Virus genome (UHGV): UHGV-1882326
From: a virus
Strand: one strand, 5' to 3'
Length of the DNA: 64,000 nucleotides
In this document: positions 20,589 through 29,637 of the stretch, piece after piece
How the letters are laid out: every line of letters begins with the position of its first letter
How positions within the stretch are numbered: position 1 is the stretch's first letter
Translations under genes and position numbers: made by a program
The notes under the pieces: model-generated
Seen by the model: the letters and a program-made list of their open reading frames with translations, nothing else
Databases searched by the model: none
What the model was told of the DNA's origin: nothing

Positions 20589-20969
20589 CTATTTGAATCC
20601 ATATTTAGTTGCTAATATATATCCTACAAAAGATATTGCAATAATTATTGTAGGGAAATTTTTCTTTATGTATTCCATAATATTAAAATTAGATTCGTCT
20701 TTAATTTTATTAAAATCTGTCTTAATATCGTTTACTTGAAGTTTAACGTCTGAAACGTCACTTTGTAAAGAAATCATTGTAATTTTAATATCTTGAATAG
20801 TTTCATTCAATGCTTTATTAGTTTTTACAACTTCCTCAGATAAATTCTGAATAAATTTATGACTTTCTTGAAGTCTGGTAATATCTTGTGTATGTTCATC
20901 TACTTTTAACTTAACTTCTCTTAAATCCTCTTTAATTTCATGTGCTGTCATATCTTCCACAAATCTCAC
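20589..20969 (-). CDS. XhlA-like coiled-coil membrane protein
   Basis: 126 aa. It has a long coiled-coil and a single C-terminal TM helix (FPTIIIAISFVGYILATKYGF). It lies directly upstream of the holin, as xhlA does relative to xhlB in PBSX-like lysis cassettes. Confidence 0.4.
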   Translation of the reverse strand: MRFVEDMTAHEIKEDLREVKLKVDEHTQDITRLQESHKFIQNLSEEVVKTNKALNETIQDIKITMISLQSDVSDVKLQVNDIKTDFNKIKDESNFNIMEYIKKNFPTIIIAISFVGYILATKYGFK

Positions 20970-21027
20970 CTACTTTACCATAAAATACCCTTCTTTCTTT
21001 TTTATCCGTCCATTCATTTCATTCCAA

Positions 21028-21402
21028 TTAATCACCACAAAGGTTAGCAAATACAATACCAGTAATTGCTCTCAAATCAGCCTTATTCAAAGTTCCAATA
21101 TAGTTCTTAAACCTTGACTTATCCACAGCACGAATTTGTTCAGCACAAGCAACGCTATCATCTACAAGAAATTTATTTTTTTCTTTAGATAATGTATAGT
21201 GTGTAAGCAAATCTTCTCTTTTAACTTTAGAAGTTAAAGGTACTATGATTATGGTAGGGCTATAAAAATTTCCAGTATCATTCTGTAAAATTAATACTGG
21301 TCTTACTCCGCCTTGTTCTGAACCTTGGGTATTCCTTAAATCAGCATAATAAACTTCCCCTCTTTTGAATGTTCTTGCGTTATTGTTTATTGTTGTAAAC
21401 AT
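21028..21402 (-). CDS. mazF: MazF/EndoA (PemK-family) endoribonuclease toxin homologue
   Basis: 124 aa. RGEVYYADLRNTQGSEQGGVRPVLILQND...IIIVPLTS...DSVACAEQIRAVDKSRF is near-collinear with Bacillus EndoA/MazF (GSEQGGVRPVL identical). It has its own upstream -10-like TATAAT element. Confidence 0.85.
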   Translation of the reverse strand: MFTTINNNARTFKRGEVYYADLRNTQGSEQGGVRPVLILQNDTGNFYSPTIIIVPLTSKVKREDLLTHYTLSKEKNKFLVDDSVACAEQIRAVDKSRFKNYIGTLNKADLRAITGIVFANLCGD

Positions 21403-21484
21403 ATTCAGTTCTCCTTATGTACTATATTTTTATATAACTTTCATATAATATATATAGCACTTTTTATTTACAAAGTCAATACTT

Positions 21485-21832
21485 TTATTTACCATAACCC
21501 TTATTTTTATTAATACCATACCCATTTTTTGTCTTATATAAAGTAACATATTTAGGTACAAAATTAAAAGGATTTTTCAATGTAATCACCATATTGTTCT
21601 CAACTTCAATATACAATTCGCCTTTCTTTTCAAAACGAACCCTTGAAGCCTTTTCTGGAACAATATATTCACTTTTTAACCTACAAGTATCTTGACTTGG
21701 TAATGGTTTCCAACAATCTGATATATTGCACCAACGAACAAAAGGACAAATATTACCATTTTGTCTTTTACATAAAACCCTATTTCTATTATCTACTTTA
21801 CCAATATATGAATCTGGACACAAAATAATCAC
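21485..21832 (-). CDS. Cys-rich hypothetical protein upstream of mazF (candidate partner)
   Basis: 115 aa with eight Cys (CPDSYIGKVDNRNRVLCKRQNGNICPFVRWCNISDCW). No MazE/AbrB-like motif was found. Confidence 0.35.
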   Translation of the reverse strand: MIILCPDSYIGKVDNRNRVLCKRQNGNICPFVRWCNISDCWKPLPSQDTCRLKSEYIVPEKASRVRFEKKGELYIEVENNMVITLKNPFNFVPKYVTLYKTKNGYGINKNKGYGK

Positions 21833-21914
21833 TTCCTTTACAACAAAATTTAAAATATGTAAAATGCGTAGAGCATATCACCCTACGCATATAGATACAA
21901 ACTAGTAACAGAGA

Positions 21915-22961
21915 TTAGCCAACAGTTACATTAGCATAACCTTCTACTGCTGTATTCTTAGTGAGAACAGCATGGATAGTAGTTGTACCAGTTGCTACAC
22001 CCTCTACTTCACCAGTTGCATCATCCACTTTAGCAGTACCAGCAGCACCACTTGTAAAAGTAACAGCAGTTGGGTCTACTAACTTAGGTAAAGCATTTCT
22101 GATAAGAGCATAAACCTTAATAGTTTCTTTTTCACTTACTTGTAAATCAATATCAGCCGGAGTTAAAGCCAATGCGTAAGCGTCATTCTCCCACTGAGCA
22201 GTAGACAGAATTTCCTTAATAGTACCATAGATAGCTTCATCACTACAGCTAGAGGTTTCAGCAGATGCCAGAGCAGAACCATTAAGAGGCGTATTAGCCG
22301 CACCAGTCATACTCATAGAGATTTCCTGTGAGCCGTTTAACATTAAACGTGGAATGTCAATCTGAACCTCGCCAACTTTAGTAGTAGACGCTTCATTTGG
22401 ATTAGTGCTACTACCTGCAAACAGAGTACCAGTCATTACAGCATGAACGGTAGCAGGAATAAAGTTAGCACCTACTGTCAGCACTCTCATAGAATCGTTG
22501 TTTACTACATACTTAACGCAATAAACATCACCAGACATAGCACCTGCAACAGTGATAATCTTATTGTTGAAAGTACCTTTAACCCATGTAGAGCCATTAG
22601 GCTTTTTGTACCAACCAATAGTACCAAAGTTACCAAATGCTACAGGAGTACCACTTACGGTAATCTGTCCTGCGTCTGTTACAGTAACTTCCTCAGAAGT
22701 TAAAGCACTACCACCAATCGCAATATCAGAACCAATGTTCTTTGCGATAAATTCAAGACGGAACATTACATCAGTAAGAGTTATGTCCATTGTAGAAGAA
22801 TGTGCATATTTGCCATACAGTTTTGCACCTTGTCCACCACGAATATCTTCAAGAGATACATCAAAACTAAAAGTAGAATCTGTTAAAGTTTTTGCAGTAG
22901 CAAACAGTTCATCGCCTACAAAAAGGTCAACATTTGCTACACCAGCTAAAAAAGCATCCAT
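21915..22961 (-). CDS. major tail protein with C-terminal Ig-like (Big_2-type) domain
   Basis: 348 aa and Thr/Ala/Gly-rich. The C-terminal TGTTTIHAVLTKNTAVEGYANVTV is Big_2-like. It lies upstream of the tape measure block. Confidence 0.55.
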   Translation of the reverse strand: MDAFLAGVANVDLFVGDELFATAKTLTDSTFSFDVSLEDIRGGQGAKLYGKYAHSSTMDITLTDVMFRLEFIAKNIGSDIAIGGSALTSEEVTVTDAGQITVSGTPVAFGNFGTIGWYKKPNGSTWVKGTFNNKIITVAGAMSGDVYCVKYVVNNDSMRVLTVGANFIPATVHAVMTGTLFAGSSTNPNEASTTKVGEVQIDIPRLMLNGSQEISMSMTGAANTPLNGSALASAETSSCSDEAIYGTIKEILSTAQWENDAYALALTPADIDLQVSEKETIKVYALIRNALPKLVDPTAVTFTSGAAGTAKVDDATGEVEGVATGTTTIHAVLTKNTAVEGYANVTVG

Positions 22962-23013
22962 TTATATTACTCCTTTCATATTTCAAACATTTTTTATATT
23001 TCAGACATTTGTG

Positions 23014-23043
23014 AACTACCCATCAGCTAAAGCTAATGGGATT
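23014..23043. repeat. palindrome-bearing miniature element, copy A
   Basis: The sequence AACTACCCATCAGCTAAAGCTAATGGGATT contains a 22-bp imperfect palindrome CCCATCAGCTaaAGCTAATGGG. The same core occurs at 32725 and, inverted, at 55451. Confidence 0.7.
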
Positions 23044-23048
23044 TCTGA

Positions 23049-23849
23049 TTATATTTTTTTAAATCCTTGTCCAATATTCTTTTTATTTACAAAAGCATCT
23101 GCATATTTGCCTTTCTTATTCTTATATGCAAAATGCTCTATAGGCTTTTTAAACTTTCCACCATTTGCTTCAAAATTCTTGTTCACAACGTAATCAATCT
23201 GTTCAACAACAGCATTAAACAAAGACGTAAAACTATAAAAAGTCATTTCAAGCAAATCTTTCTTTAACATGCCGTTATGTGCTGAAACAATAGATATTTT
23301 TCTTTCTAATGTTATAGGTTCTTTATTCTTATTCACCAAACTATAATATTCATCAACAGCTTTCTTATAATCTGGATTTAAATCTCTTTCATCTTCATAA
23401 TCATAGATATTCTGATATTGTATAATTTGAATTATATTATCAAAATCCTTATAATCTATAATCACGTCATTTATTTCAAGAATAAATTTACCTTTTTCAT
23501 TAATCTTGATTTTGAACTGTTCTTCAATTTTATTAAGTCCAAAACATAATTCTATAATTCTGACAAATTGCCAATATCTCATAGAATGTTTTTCAACTTT
23601 TCCAAACAAATCTTGTCCTAAAACCATTTGCAAAAGAAATTGTAAATAAGAACTCTGAATGATTTCTATATCTTCAAATGTGTTTTTATCTATTGTAAGC
23701 ACGTTATAACAGTTTACAAAATCGTTAGCTTCTTTTAACTTAACTGGATATAATAATATTACTTGTTTATGTCTAGTAACATAAGGGATAGGTTTGTCCA
23801 TTTCAATATAGTTCTGATAAGGTGTTATATCAAACTTCATTAAACACAC
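23049..23849 (-). CDS. hypothetical head-tail joining/structural protein
   Basis: 266-aa ORF between the head and tail modules. Confidence 0.3.
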   Translation of the reverse strand: MCLMKFDITPYQNYIEMDKPIPYVTRHKQVILLYPVKLKEANDFVNCYNVLTIDKNTFEDIEIIQSSYLQFLLQMVLGQDLFGKVEKHSMRYWQFVRIIELCFGLNKIEEQFKIKINEKGKFILEINDVIIDYKDFDNIIQIIQYQNIYDYEDERDLNPDYKKAVDEYYSLVNKNKEPITLERKISIVSAHNGMLKKDLLEMTFYSFTSLFNAVVEQIDYVVNKNFEANGGKFKKPIEHFAYKNKKGKYADAFVNKKNIGQGFKKI

Positions 23850-24403
23850 CCCTCACTTATACTACCAATCTGAACAGCCATAAATATACTTGCACCATTG
23901 TAGTTTCTTGTATTATTTAAAGCCGCCCTAGACCTACAATACTGTGATAGTTCTGCATTAAACTGAAATTGTCCAACACCGTCCATAGCATAAGAACCAT
24001 TAAGTGTTTTCATAATTTCAGTTTCCATAACATCAGCCCTATTACAAGGAATACCATTATATTCCACAATAGCAATTTTGTCCCCAAATAAAACATCAAA
24101 TTCATACACAACAGTACATAAATAAGGGTTTATTGGATAACTGTCATACTTAAAACATTTTAATATGGTTGTTGCGTCATATTGCATGTTTTCAACTAAA
24201 GGATTTAAAAATATCCTATATTTTTGTTGTTGGTCTTGATTTTTATAAATCATTCCCATTTTTTCCTCGAATGTAAGATTAGGTTTACTTAAACAATCAT
24301 AAGTGCCATACTTAAGAAGTTTAAATATATTTTCATTATTTTGAGCCAATGTCATTATAATTTTATAAGGGACATATGGCAAATTTGCAAAATTATTAAA
24401 CAT
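23840..24403 (-). CDS. hypothetical head-tail connector protein
   Basis: 187-aa ORF, translationally coupled to its neighbours. Confidence 0.3.
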   Translation of the reverse strand: MFNNFANLPYVPYKIIMTLAQNNENIFKLLKYGTYDCLSKPNLTFEEKMGMIYKNQDQQQKYRIFLNPLVENMQYDATTILKCFKYDSYPINPYLCTVVYEFDVLFGDKIAIVEYNGIPCNRADVMETEIMKTLNGSYAMDGVGQFQFNAELSQYCRSRAALNNTRNYNGASIFMAVQIGSISEGCV

Positions 24404-24419
24404 TTACACATACTCCTTT

Positions 24420-25697
24420 CTAAAACGCAGACACTAGTTTGATTTCTTTTTGTAATGTTAAATCATCAGCTTCTATTGTTAAAATCAATACATCAGACGT
24501 AGGTTTTATACAAGTTAAAGCATATGTATTATCTGATTTAGACAAAGTATAATATCCTTGTTTAACGCCAGTCGCAGTTACGACAATATCAACATTCTGT
24601 TTAACACCATTAATTATCAACATTGGTTCAAAAATTTGAACATTACCTTGACGCACTTGCGTAAAAACAGGGGTTATAACAATCTCTTTTTTCTCAGTCA
24701 CAGTTTCTACTACGGTACATATTGCTTCGTCTTGTACTGTCTTATACTGACTGGTAGCCACATGAAATTCGATTTTAGACCCTATTTCAACATCTGCTGA
24801 AATTTGATAATTGCCATTTTCGTCTATTGTTGCACTTTCAGATGGTACAGCCCACCATTGCAAAGGAATGGACAGTTGCTCATTATCCCTCATTACAATA
24901 GCTTGTAACCTACCACTACCACCTTGTACCACTTCAAATTCGCCATCTTGTATCATAATCGAAAAAGTATGCTCATAACGATTAGCCACATTATTTTCAA
25001 TATCATCAGACGGTTGAATTTCATCAAGATATAAATCTATATAAAGAATAGTTGTATCTTGGTCTATATAACTATTCTGCATATAATTGTTGTACCCAGT
25101 AATCTTAAAAGGTCTACCATTAAAAATAAACCTTTTATTTTGTTTCCATTTGATTGTTTCTTTATTTCCTTGTACAATCATTACAACATGATTATCTGGG
25201 ATAACAATATCTTCCATGTACTTAGGTGAAGGTGATGTAGGTGTATAGTCCAAAATACAAGGTATTGATATAATATCACCAGTATTTTCGTCTACATATT
25301 TTGCAAGATTATTACAACGTCTGACAACAACAGCTTCGGAAACACTGTTATAGTTGTCTGTAAATGTTGTAATCCAATAGTTATCATCAAATTGATATAA
25401 TAATCCTCTAGTATTTCTATCAGAAGAACCATTTTCTTGAATAATATCCTTGAAAATTAACTTTCTGAAATCATCACCGTTTTTACGTCCTGTGCTTGTT
25501 TCCTCTATGACATGATTTATATAAACCGTTATAGGATTAAACTCAAAAGAACCTATTTCAGTTTCTTCGCCCACATCGTATTGCACAGTAGTATTATCCC
25601 ATTGAGAATCGACCAATGCTTGTATATCATTTCTATACTTACTGTTAGGGGTCATAGCCAGACCCTCTAGGTAAGCACCATAATAAGTTAATGCCAT
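24420..25697 (-). CDS. hypothetical structural protein
   Basis: 425-aa ORF between the head and tail modules. Confidence 0.3.
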   Translation of the reverse strand: MALTYYGAYLEGLAMTPNSKYRNDIQALVDSQWDNTTVQYDVGEETEIGSFEFNPITVYINHVIEETSTGRKNGDDFRKLIFKDIIQENGSSDRNTRGLLYQFDDNYWITTFTDNYNSVSEAVVVRRCNNLAKYVDENTGDIISIPCILDYTPTSPSPKYMEDIVIPDNHVVMIVQGNKETIKWKQNKRFIFNGRPFKITGYNNYMQNSYIDQDTTILYIDLYLDEIQPSDDIENNVANRYEHTFSIMIQDGEFEVVQGGSGRLQAIVMRDNEQLSIPLQWWAVPSESATIDENGNYQISADVEIGSKIEFHVATSQYKTVQDEAICTVVETVTEKKEIVITPVFTQVRQGNVQIFEPMLIINGVKQNVDIVVTATGVKQGYYTLSKSDNTYALTCIKPTSDVLILTIEADDLTLQKEIKLVSAF

Positions 25698-25712
25698 GGC
25701 TATGTCCTCCTT

Positions 25713-25949
25713 TTATTTTACAAAATCTATTGCTTGAAAAATAGAAGCCTTTACCATATAATGTGTAGCTTCTGTTCCTAATCTGTTTAAACCTCTTATG
25801 ATAATAATAACTTGTTCATTTATCTCGCTTTTCTTTACACCGTTTAACCATACTAATAAGGTTTCTAAGTATTTACAATAATCTTCTTTTGAAGTTTCAT
25901 AAATACATAAAGCCTTATATAATTTGCCAACAATTAAACTCTTATTCAT
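25713..25949 (-). CDS. small hypothetical protein
   Basis: 78-aa ORF. Confidence 0.3.
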   Translation of the reverse strand: MNKSLIVGKLYKALCIYETSKEDYCKYLETLLVWLNGVKKSEINEQVIIIIRGLNRLGTEATHYMVKASIFQAIDFVK

Positions 25950-26395
25950 TAAAACACCAACTGCAAGTCTTTTATTTTGTCTATATTATCATTCTGATAA
26001 TCCAGACTATCTTGCTTTATCTTTTCTCTCATTCTATCCAGATATTCAGATTTAGCATCTAAGTTGTTTGCTTCTGCATAATGTTTAAAGTCTGTATTGG
26101 TAAGATGTAAATTAAATTGAGTAACGTCATTAATATTGGTTTCAAACCATGTATACACGAACCAATCTGCTAATATACTTTGCTCTTTCAAAGTTAATTT
26201 ATTAGCAAATTCTCTAGTTTCTGTACTATAATCAAGAGGTTGTAAACATTCAACAAATTTAGGTATAGATTTTATTAACATTCCGTCAGTATATTTTTGA
26301 AAATCTTCTGTACTTTTTTCATAAAGTTTATCTAATTTATAGTCACGTATAATAATTAATGCTAAGTCTTTTATAGTATCAAAGGAAGTAGCCAT
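25949..26395 (-). CDS. hypothetical head-tail adaptor-like protein
   Basis: 148-aa ORF. Confidence 0.3.
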   Translation of the reverse strand: MATSFDTIKDLALIIIRDYKLDKLYEKSTEDFQKYTDGMLIKSIPKFVECLQPLDYSTETREFANKLTLKEQSILADWFVYTWFETNINDVTQFNLHLTNTDFKHYAEANNLDAKSEYLDRMREKIKQDSLDYQNDNIDKIKDLQLVF

Positions 26396-26419
26396 ATTGT
26401 TTCACCTCCTTTTATTTAA

Positions 26420-27082
26420 TTACTCAGCTTCAATTCCCACGAAATTAATTCCAGTAAGTTCACCAAGTTTTACCAGAACATTTGCGTCTACATCAATACC
26501 TTGAACACGCTTATTCTTAATCATTTCGATAATAGTTTCCTTCTGACCTCTTGGAGCCATATTATAAAGGTCAATGATTTTGTTAGCATCATTCTTAAAA
26601 ATATTTTCAATAACTTCTGGTGGTAACATTTTGTTATATTCAGAAGTTTTTCTTAATTTTCTAACAACTTCTTCGTCAACAATATAGAAATATCCCTCGT
26701 TAGCAAATCTCTGATTATGCTGTACAATATCTTTTAAATCACCAAAAGGAATATCTATAATCTGTCCAAAATCAGTAAAAGTATAAATATTTCCCTGTCC
26801 TTTACCTTGTGTTGCAAGATTTAATTCACCTTGACACATACTGACTACAGGAACCTCTGTTTCAAGATAATTGTAAAATCTATCGTTACCATACGGTACA
26901 GATTGAGTAACAGCTTGCGACTTAACTTTGCCCTCTAAGTCATTGAGTCTACCCATAAGTGCTTCAAACTGCTCTGTAGTAAGTGTTACCGTATTTGTAG
27001 ATTTTTCTTCTACGTTTTCTGTTACAGCTTCCTCAACAATAGGTGTTGTAGCAGTCTTTTTTGCTGTTTTTGCGGTTGCCAT
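26420..27082 (-). CDS. hypothetical head-associated protein
   Basis: 220-aa ORF with an Ala/Thr/Glu-rich N-terminus. Confidence 0.3.
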   Translation of the reverse strand: MATAKTAKKTATTPIVEEAVTENVEEKSTNTVTLTTEQFEALMGRLNDLEGKVKSQAVTQSVPYGNDRFYNYLETEVPVVSMCQGELNLATQGKGQGNIYTFTDFGQIIDIPFGDLKDIVQHNQRFANEGYFYIVDEEVVRKLRKTSEYNKMLPPEVIENIFKNDANKIIDLYNMAPRGQKETIIEMIKNKRVQGIDVDANVLVKLGELTGINFVGIEAE

Positions 27083-27183
27083 ATCATTTAAATCCTTTCA
27101 TTCATTTTATTCATTAAAAAAGAAATGCCAAGAAAGCATAAGACCTCCTTGGCATTTTTATTATATTTTTGCACAAGACAAAA

Positions 27184-28377
27184 TCATTGCTTGTTCTTAA
27201 CATCTAATACAATTTCTGTGTGATTTTTTCCTTGAAGTAAAGAATCTATTGCTTCTATAAGTTGTTGTTTTGTAGGAATTTCAAAATTTCCTTTTACTCG
27301 TAAAATTTTATATCCTTTACTTCTAACGAAATAATCTCTTCTTATATCTCTTTTTTTATTTACTTCTAAATTATGCCAATATTCTCCATCGTATTCAATA
27401 TCTATTTTTTCACCTTGTATTTCTAATAAGCAATCAAAAACCGCTCTTTCTAAAACAAAACCAAACGTAACTTTATAATTCGGATAAGTTTCTTTTACAA
27501 GCTCACAAAGTTTCTTTTCTGGCTTAGAAGAACGAACATTACCATTTTCAGCCATAGATTCTATTACTTTTTGTCTTATCTCTGGAACTTGCAAAATATA
27601 AGGTTTACCATACTTTTTTAAAACAGTTTGTACTGCTTTATTCCTTGTTTCTAAAGATTCAAAAGCACTTTTTCTACCATATTTTTTTAAATTAGTTAAT
27701 AATGCTCTTTCTCTTATTTCTGAAACTTGCATAGCGTTTGGTTTACCATATTTTTCAATCATGGTTTTTTGTGCTTTTTCTTTTACTTCTGGTATTTGCA
27801 TTGTATAAGGCTTCCCATATTTATTCAAATTATTTTGAACTATTTTTTCTTTTATTTCAGAAGAAGCAAAAACATTAGAAACGCCATATTTTTCTAAATT
27901 AGTTTGCTCAATTCTTTCTTTTATTTCGGGAACTTGTAATACACAAGGCTTTCCATATTTTTTTAAATTAGTCTTTTCTATTTTCTTTTGAATATCTCTA
28001 TTTTGTGCAGGAAAATCAACTCCATATTTTTTTCTGTTTGTGCTTTTTATTTTTTCTTGTACACCTTCTATCCCCATAGGAGTTGTTGTACCATATCTTT
28101 CTAAGAAAGTATTTTCTCTTTTTATTTGCGAACATTTTTTACAATATAACTTACCATCTTTTTCAGTGTTTTTTAAATACCCAACATAAGTAATATTTAA
28201 CTTTTTCCCACAAATATCACAAAATGCTATTATTCTTTTTTGAGAAGAAGGAGGTAAATCTTTAAGTTTAACTTTAAATTTATCAAATCTTTTGGTATAT
28301 TTATACCCTTTTTCAATATAATAGTTAAAATTTCTTCCTGCCCAAGTCATTTCAATTTCTTGGTTTTCGTCTATCAT
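27184..28377 (-). CDS. freestanding homing-endonuclease-like protein (Zn-ribbon, KYG repeats, C-terminal Vsr/DUF559-type nuclease domain)
   Basis: 397 aa. It has an N-terminal Cys4 ribbon (CDICGKK...CKKCSQ) and about eight ~33-aa repeats each containing KYG(K/V)P (e.g. KKYGKPCVLQVPEIKERIEQTN). The C-terminal ERAVFDCLLEIQGEKIDIEYDGEYWHNLEVNKKRDIRRDYFVRSKGYKILRV matches the DUF559/Vsr-like fold. It has its own promoter-like sequence and a terminator hairpin at 27100..27150. Confidence 0.6.
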   Translation of the reverse strand: MIDENQEIEMTWAGRNFNYYIEKGYKYTKRFDKFKVKLKDLPPSSQKRIIAFCDICGKKLNITYVGYLKNTEKDGKLYCKKCSQIKRENTFLERYGTTTPMGIEGVQEKIKSTNRKKYGVDFPAQNRDIQKKIEKTNLKKYGKPCVLQVPEIKERIEQTNLEKYGVSNVFASSEIKEKIVQNNLNKYGKPYTMQIPEVKEKAQKTMIEKYGKPNAMQVSEIRERALLTNLKKYGRKSAFESLETRNKAVQTVLKKYGKPYILQVPEIRQKVIESMAENGNVRSSKPEKKLCELVKETYPNYKVTFGFVLERAVFDCLLEIQGEKIDIEYDGEYWHNLEVNKKRDIRRDYFVRSKGYKILRVKGNFEIPTKQQLIEAIDSLLQGKNHTEIVLDVKNKQ

Positions 28378-28489
28378 AAAGTTTACCTCCTACTTGACAA
28401 TCATTTAGACAAATTTTATTAATCATATATCTTTATTATAAATTATACCATAATAATCATAATAAAGATATATGAATTTTATACAAAAA

Positions 28490-29599
28490 TTAATCTAATT
28501 TTATCATTGCGGCTGTTGCATTTGATACGAACTCACAAGCCCAACCCTTATTAATAGTGGTGTTAGATGTAAGATTTGCATTGTCATAGTAATCATTTCC
28601 GTTGCTTAACTGGACTCCCTCAAGTACCATCTTAACTAATTTATCTGTGGATGGAGATACAACATAAATCTTCTTATCATCCAGAGCCAGAGAATAATTA
28701 GTATAATCACCAGTAGCAACCTGTGGCAGTACCAGAATATCGTAATCAAAGAAATTCTTGATAAGCTGAATACTCTGGGAGTTACTATCTGTTACGATTC
28801 TGTAAACATTAGCGGCATTTGGAATAATCTTAGATAATGCAAGTGCAGTACCTACAATTACAGCCTTATCCCCCTGATTGTAAGCGGTTACAGTCTGGCA
28901 TAAACCTAACAGAGTATCCTGTGTATAACCAGTCTTAACTAAAGCTGTTGGATAAGTAGCGGCAGTTAAACCTGCGTTCAGTGCATTGTAAGCATCCAGA
29001 GAGAAAGCAGTTTCCATAGAACGAATTGCAGTTCTTACAAACTCAGCTAAATTCTCCTTACGTGCCAGAACCTTATACAGAGAAGCATAAACAGTAATAT
29101 TATGGTTTACTGGCATAAGAGTTCTATTTGCACTAAACTGCTTCTGACGAATAGTAGTTCTCTGACCATGTGCGCCTGTAGAAACAGTCATTAATGCTCT
29201 TGGCTTAATCTCAAACTGTGCAGAGTCTCCCCAACCTACATTACGAACCTCGGTGTACAGACCAATGGAACGAATGATAGTTTCTGGTAACACTGCTTGA
29301 ATAAGCATATCAACAACAGCAAAAGCCGCCCAACGTATCATTGGATTTGCTACTAAATGTGTAGGTTGAATATCATTCGGCAGAGTACAACCTGCAAATC
29401 TCTGTACTTCACCTAAGAAAGAATTGTTAATCTTATCTTCCTTTTCACTTAAAGATACAGTATTATCAAAATCACCTAAGTCCTTCTTATTAACCTTGGA
29501 CATATAATGAAAATAATAATCTCTAAATCTATCTACAAACTTTAAAGTGTTCTCGTTACCATTAGAGAACTTGATAATGGATAAATCCTTAATAGCCAT
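28490..29599 (-). CDS. major capsid protein
   Basis: 369-aa ORF following the scaffold/protease gene in the canonical head order. It has an AGGAAG RBS and is abundant in Ala/Thr/Val. Confidence 0.55.
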   Translation of the reverse strand: MAIKDLSIIKFSNGNENTLKFVDRFRDYYFHYMSKVNKKDLGDFDNTVSLSEKEDKINNSFLGEVQRFAGCTLPNDIQPTHLVANPMIRWAAFAVVDMLIQAVLPETIIRSIGLYTEVRNVGWGDSAQFEIKPRALMTVSTGAHGQRTTIRQKQFSANRTLMPVNHNITVYASLYKVLARKENLAEFVRTAIRSMETAFSLDAYNALNAGLTAATYPTALVKTGYTQDTLLGLCQTVTAYNQGDKAVIVGTALALSKIIPNAANVYRIVTDSNSQSIQLIKNFFDYDILVLPQVATGDYTNYSLALDDKKIYVVSPSTDKLVKMVLEGVQLSNGNDYYDNANLTSNTTINKGWACEFVSNATAAMIKLD

Positions 29600-29637
29600 A
29601 AGTCTAAAACTCCTTCCTAATCTATAATCAAATTAAA

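Noticed and set aside
22443-23193. Plus-strand ORFs antisense to the major tail gene
   Set aside because: They are antisense to a strongly supported structural gene. The 213-aa ORF merely spans into the intergenic palindrome region.
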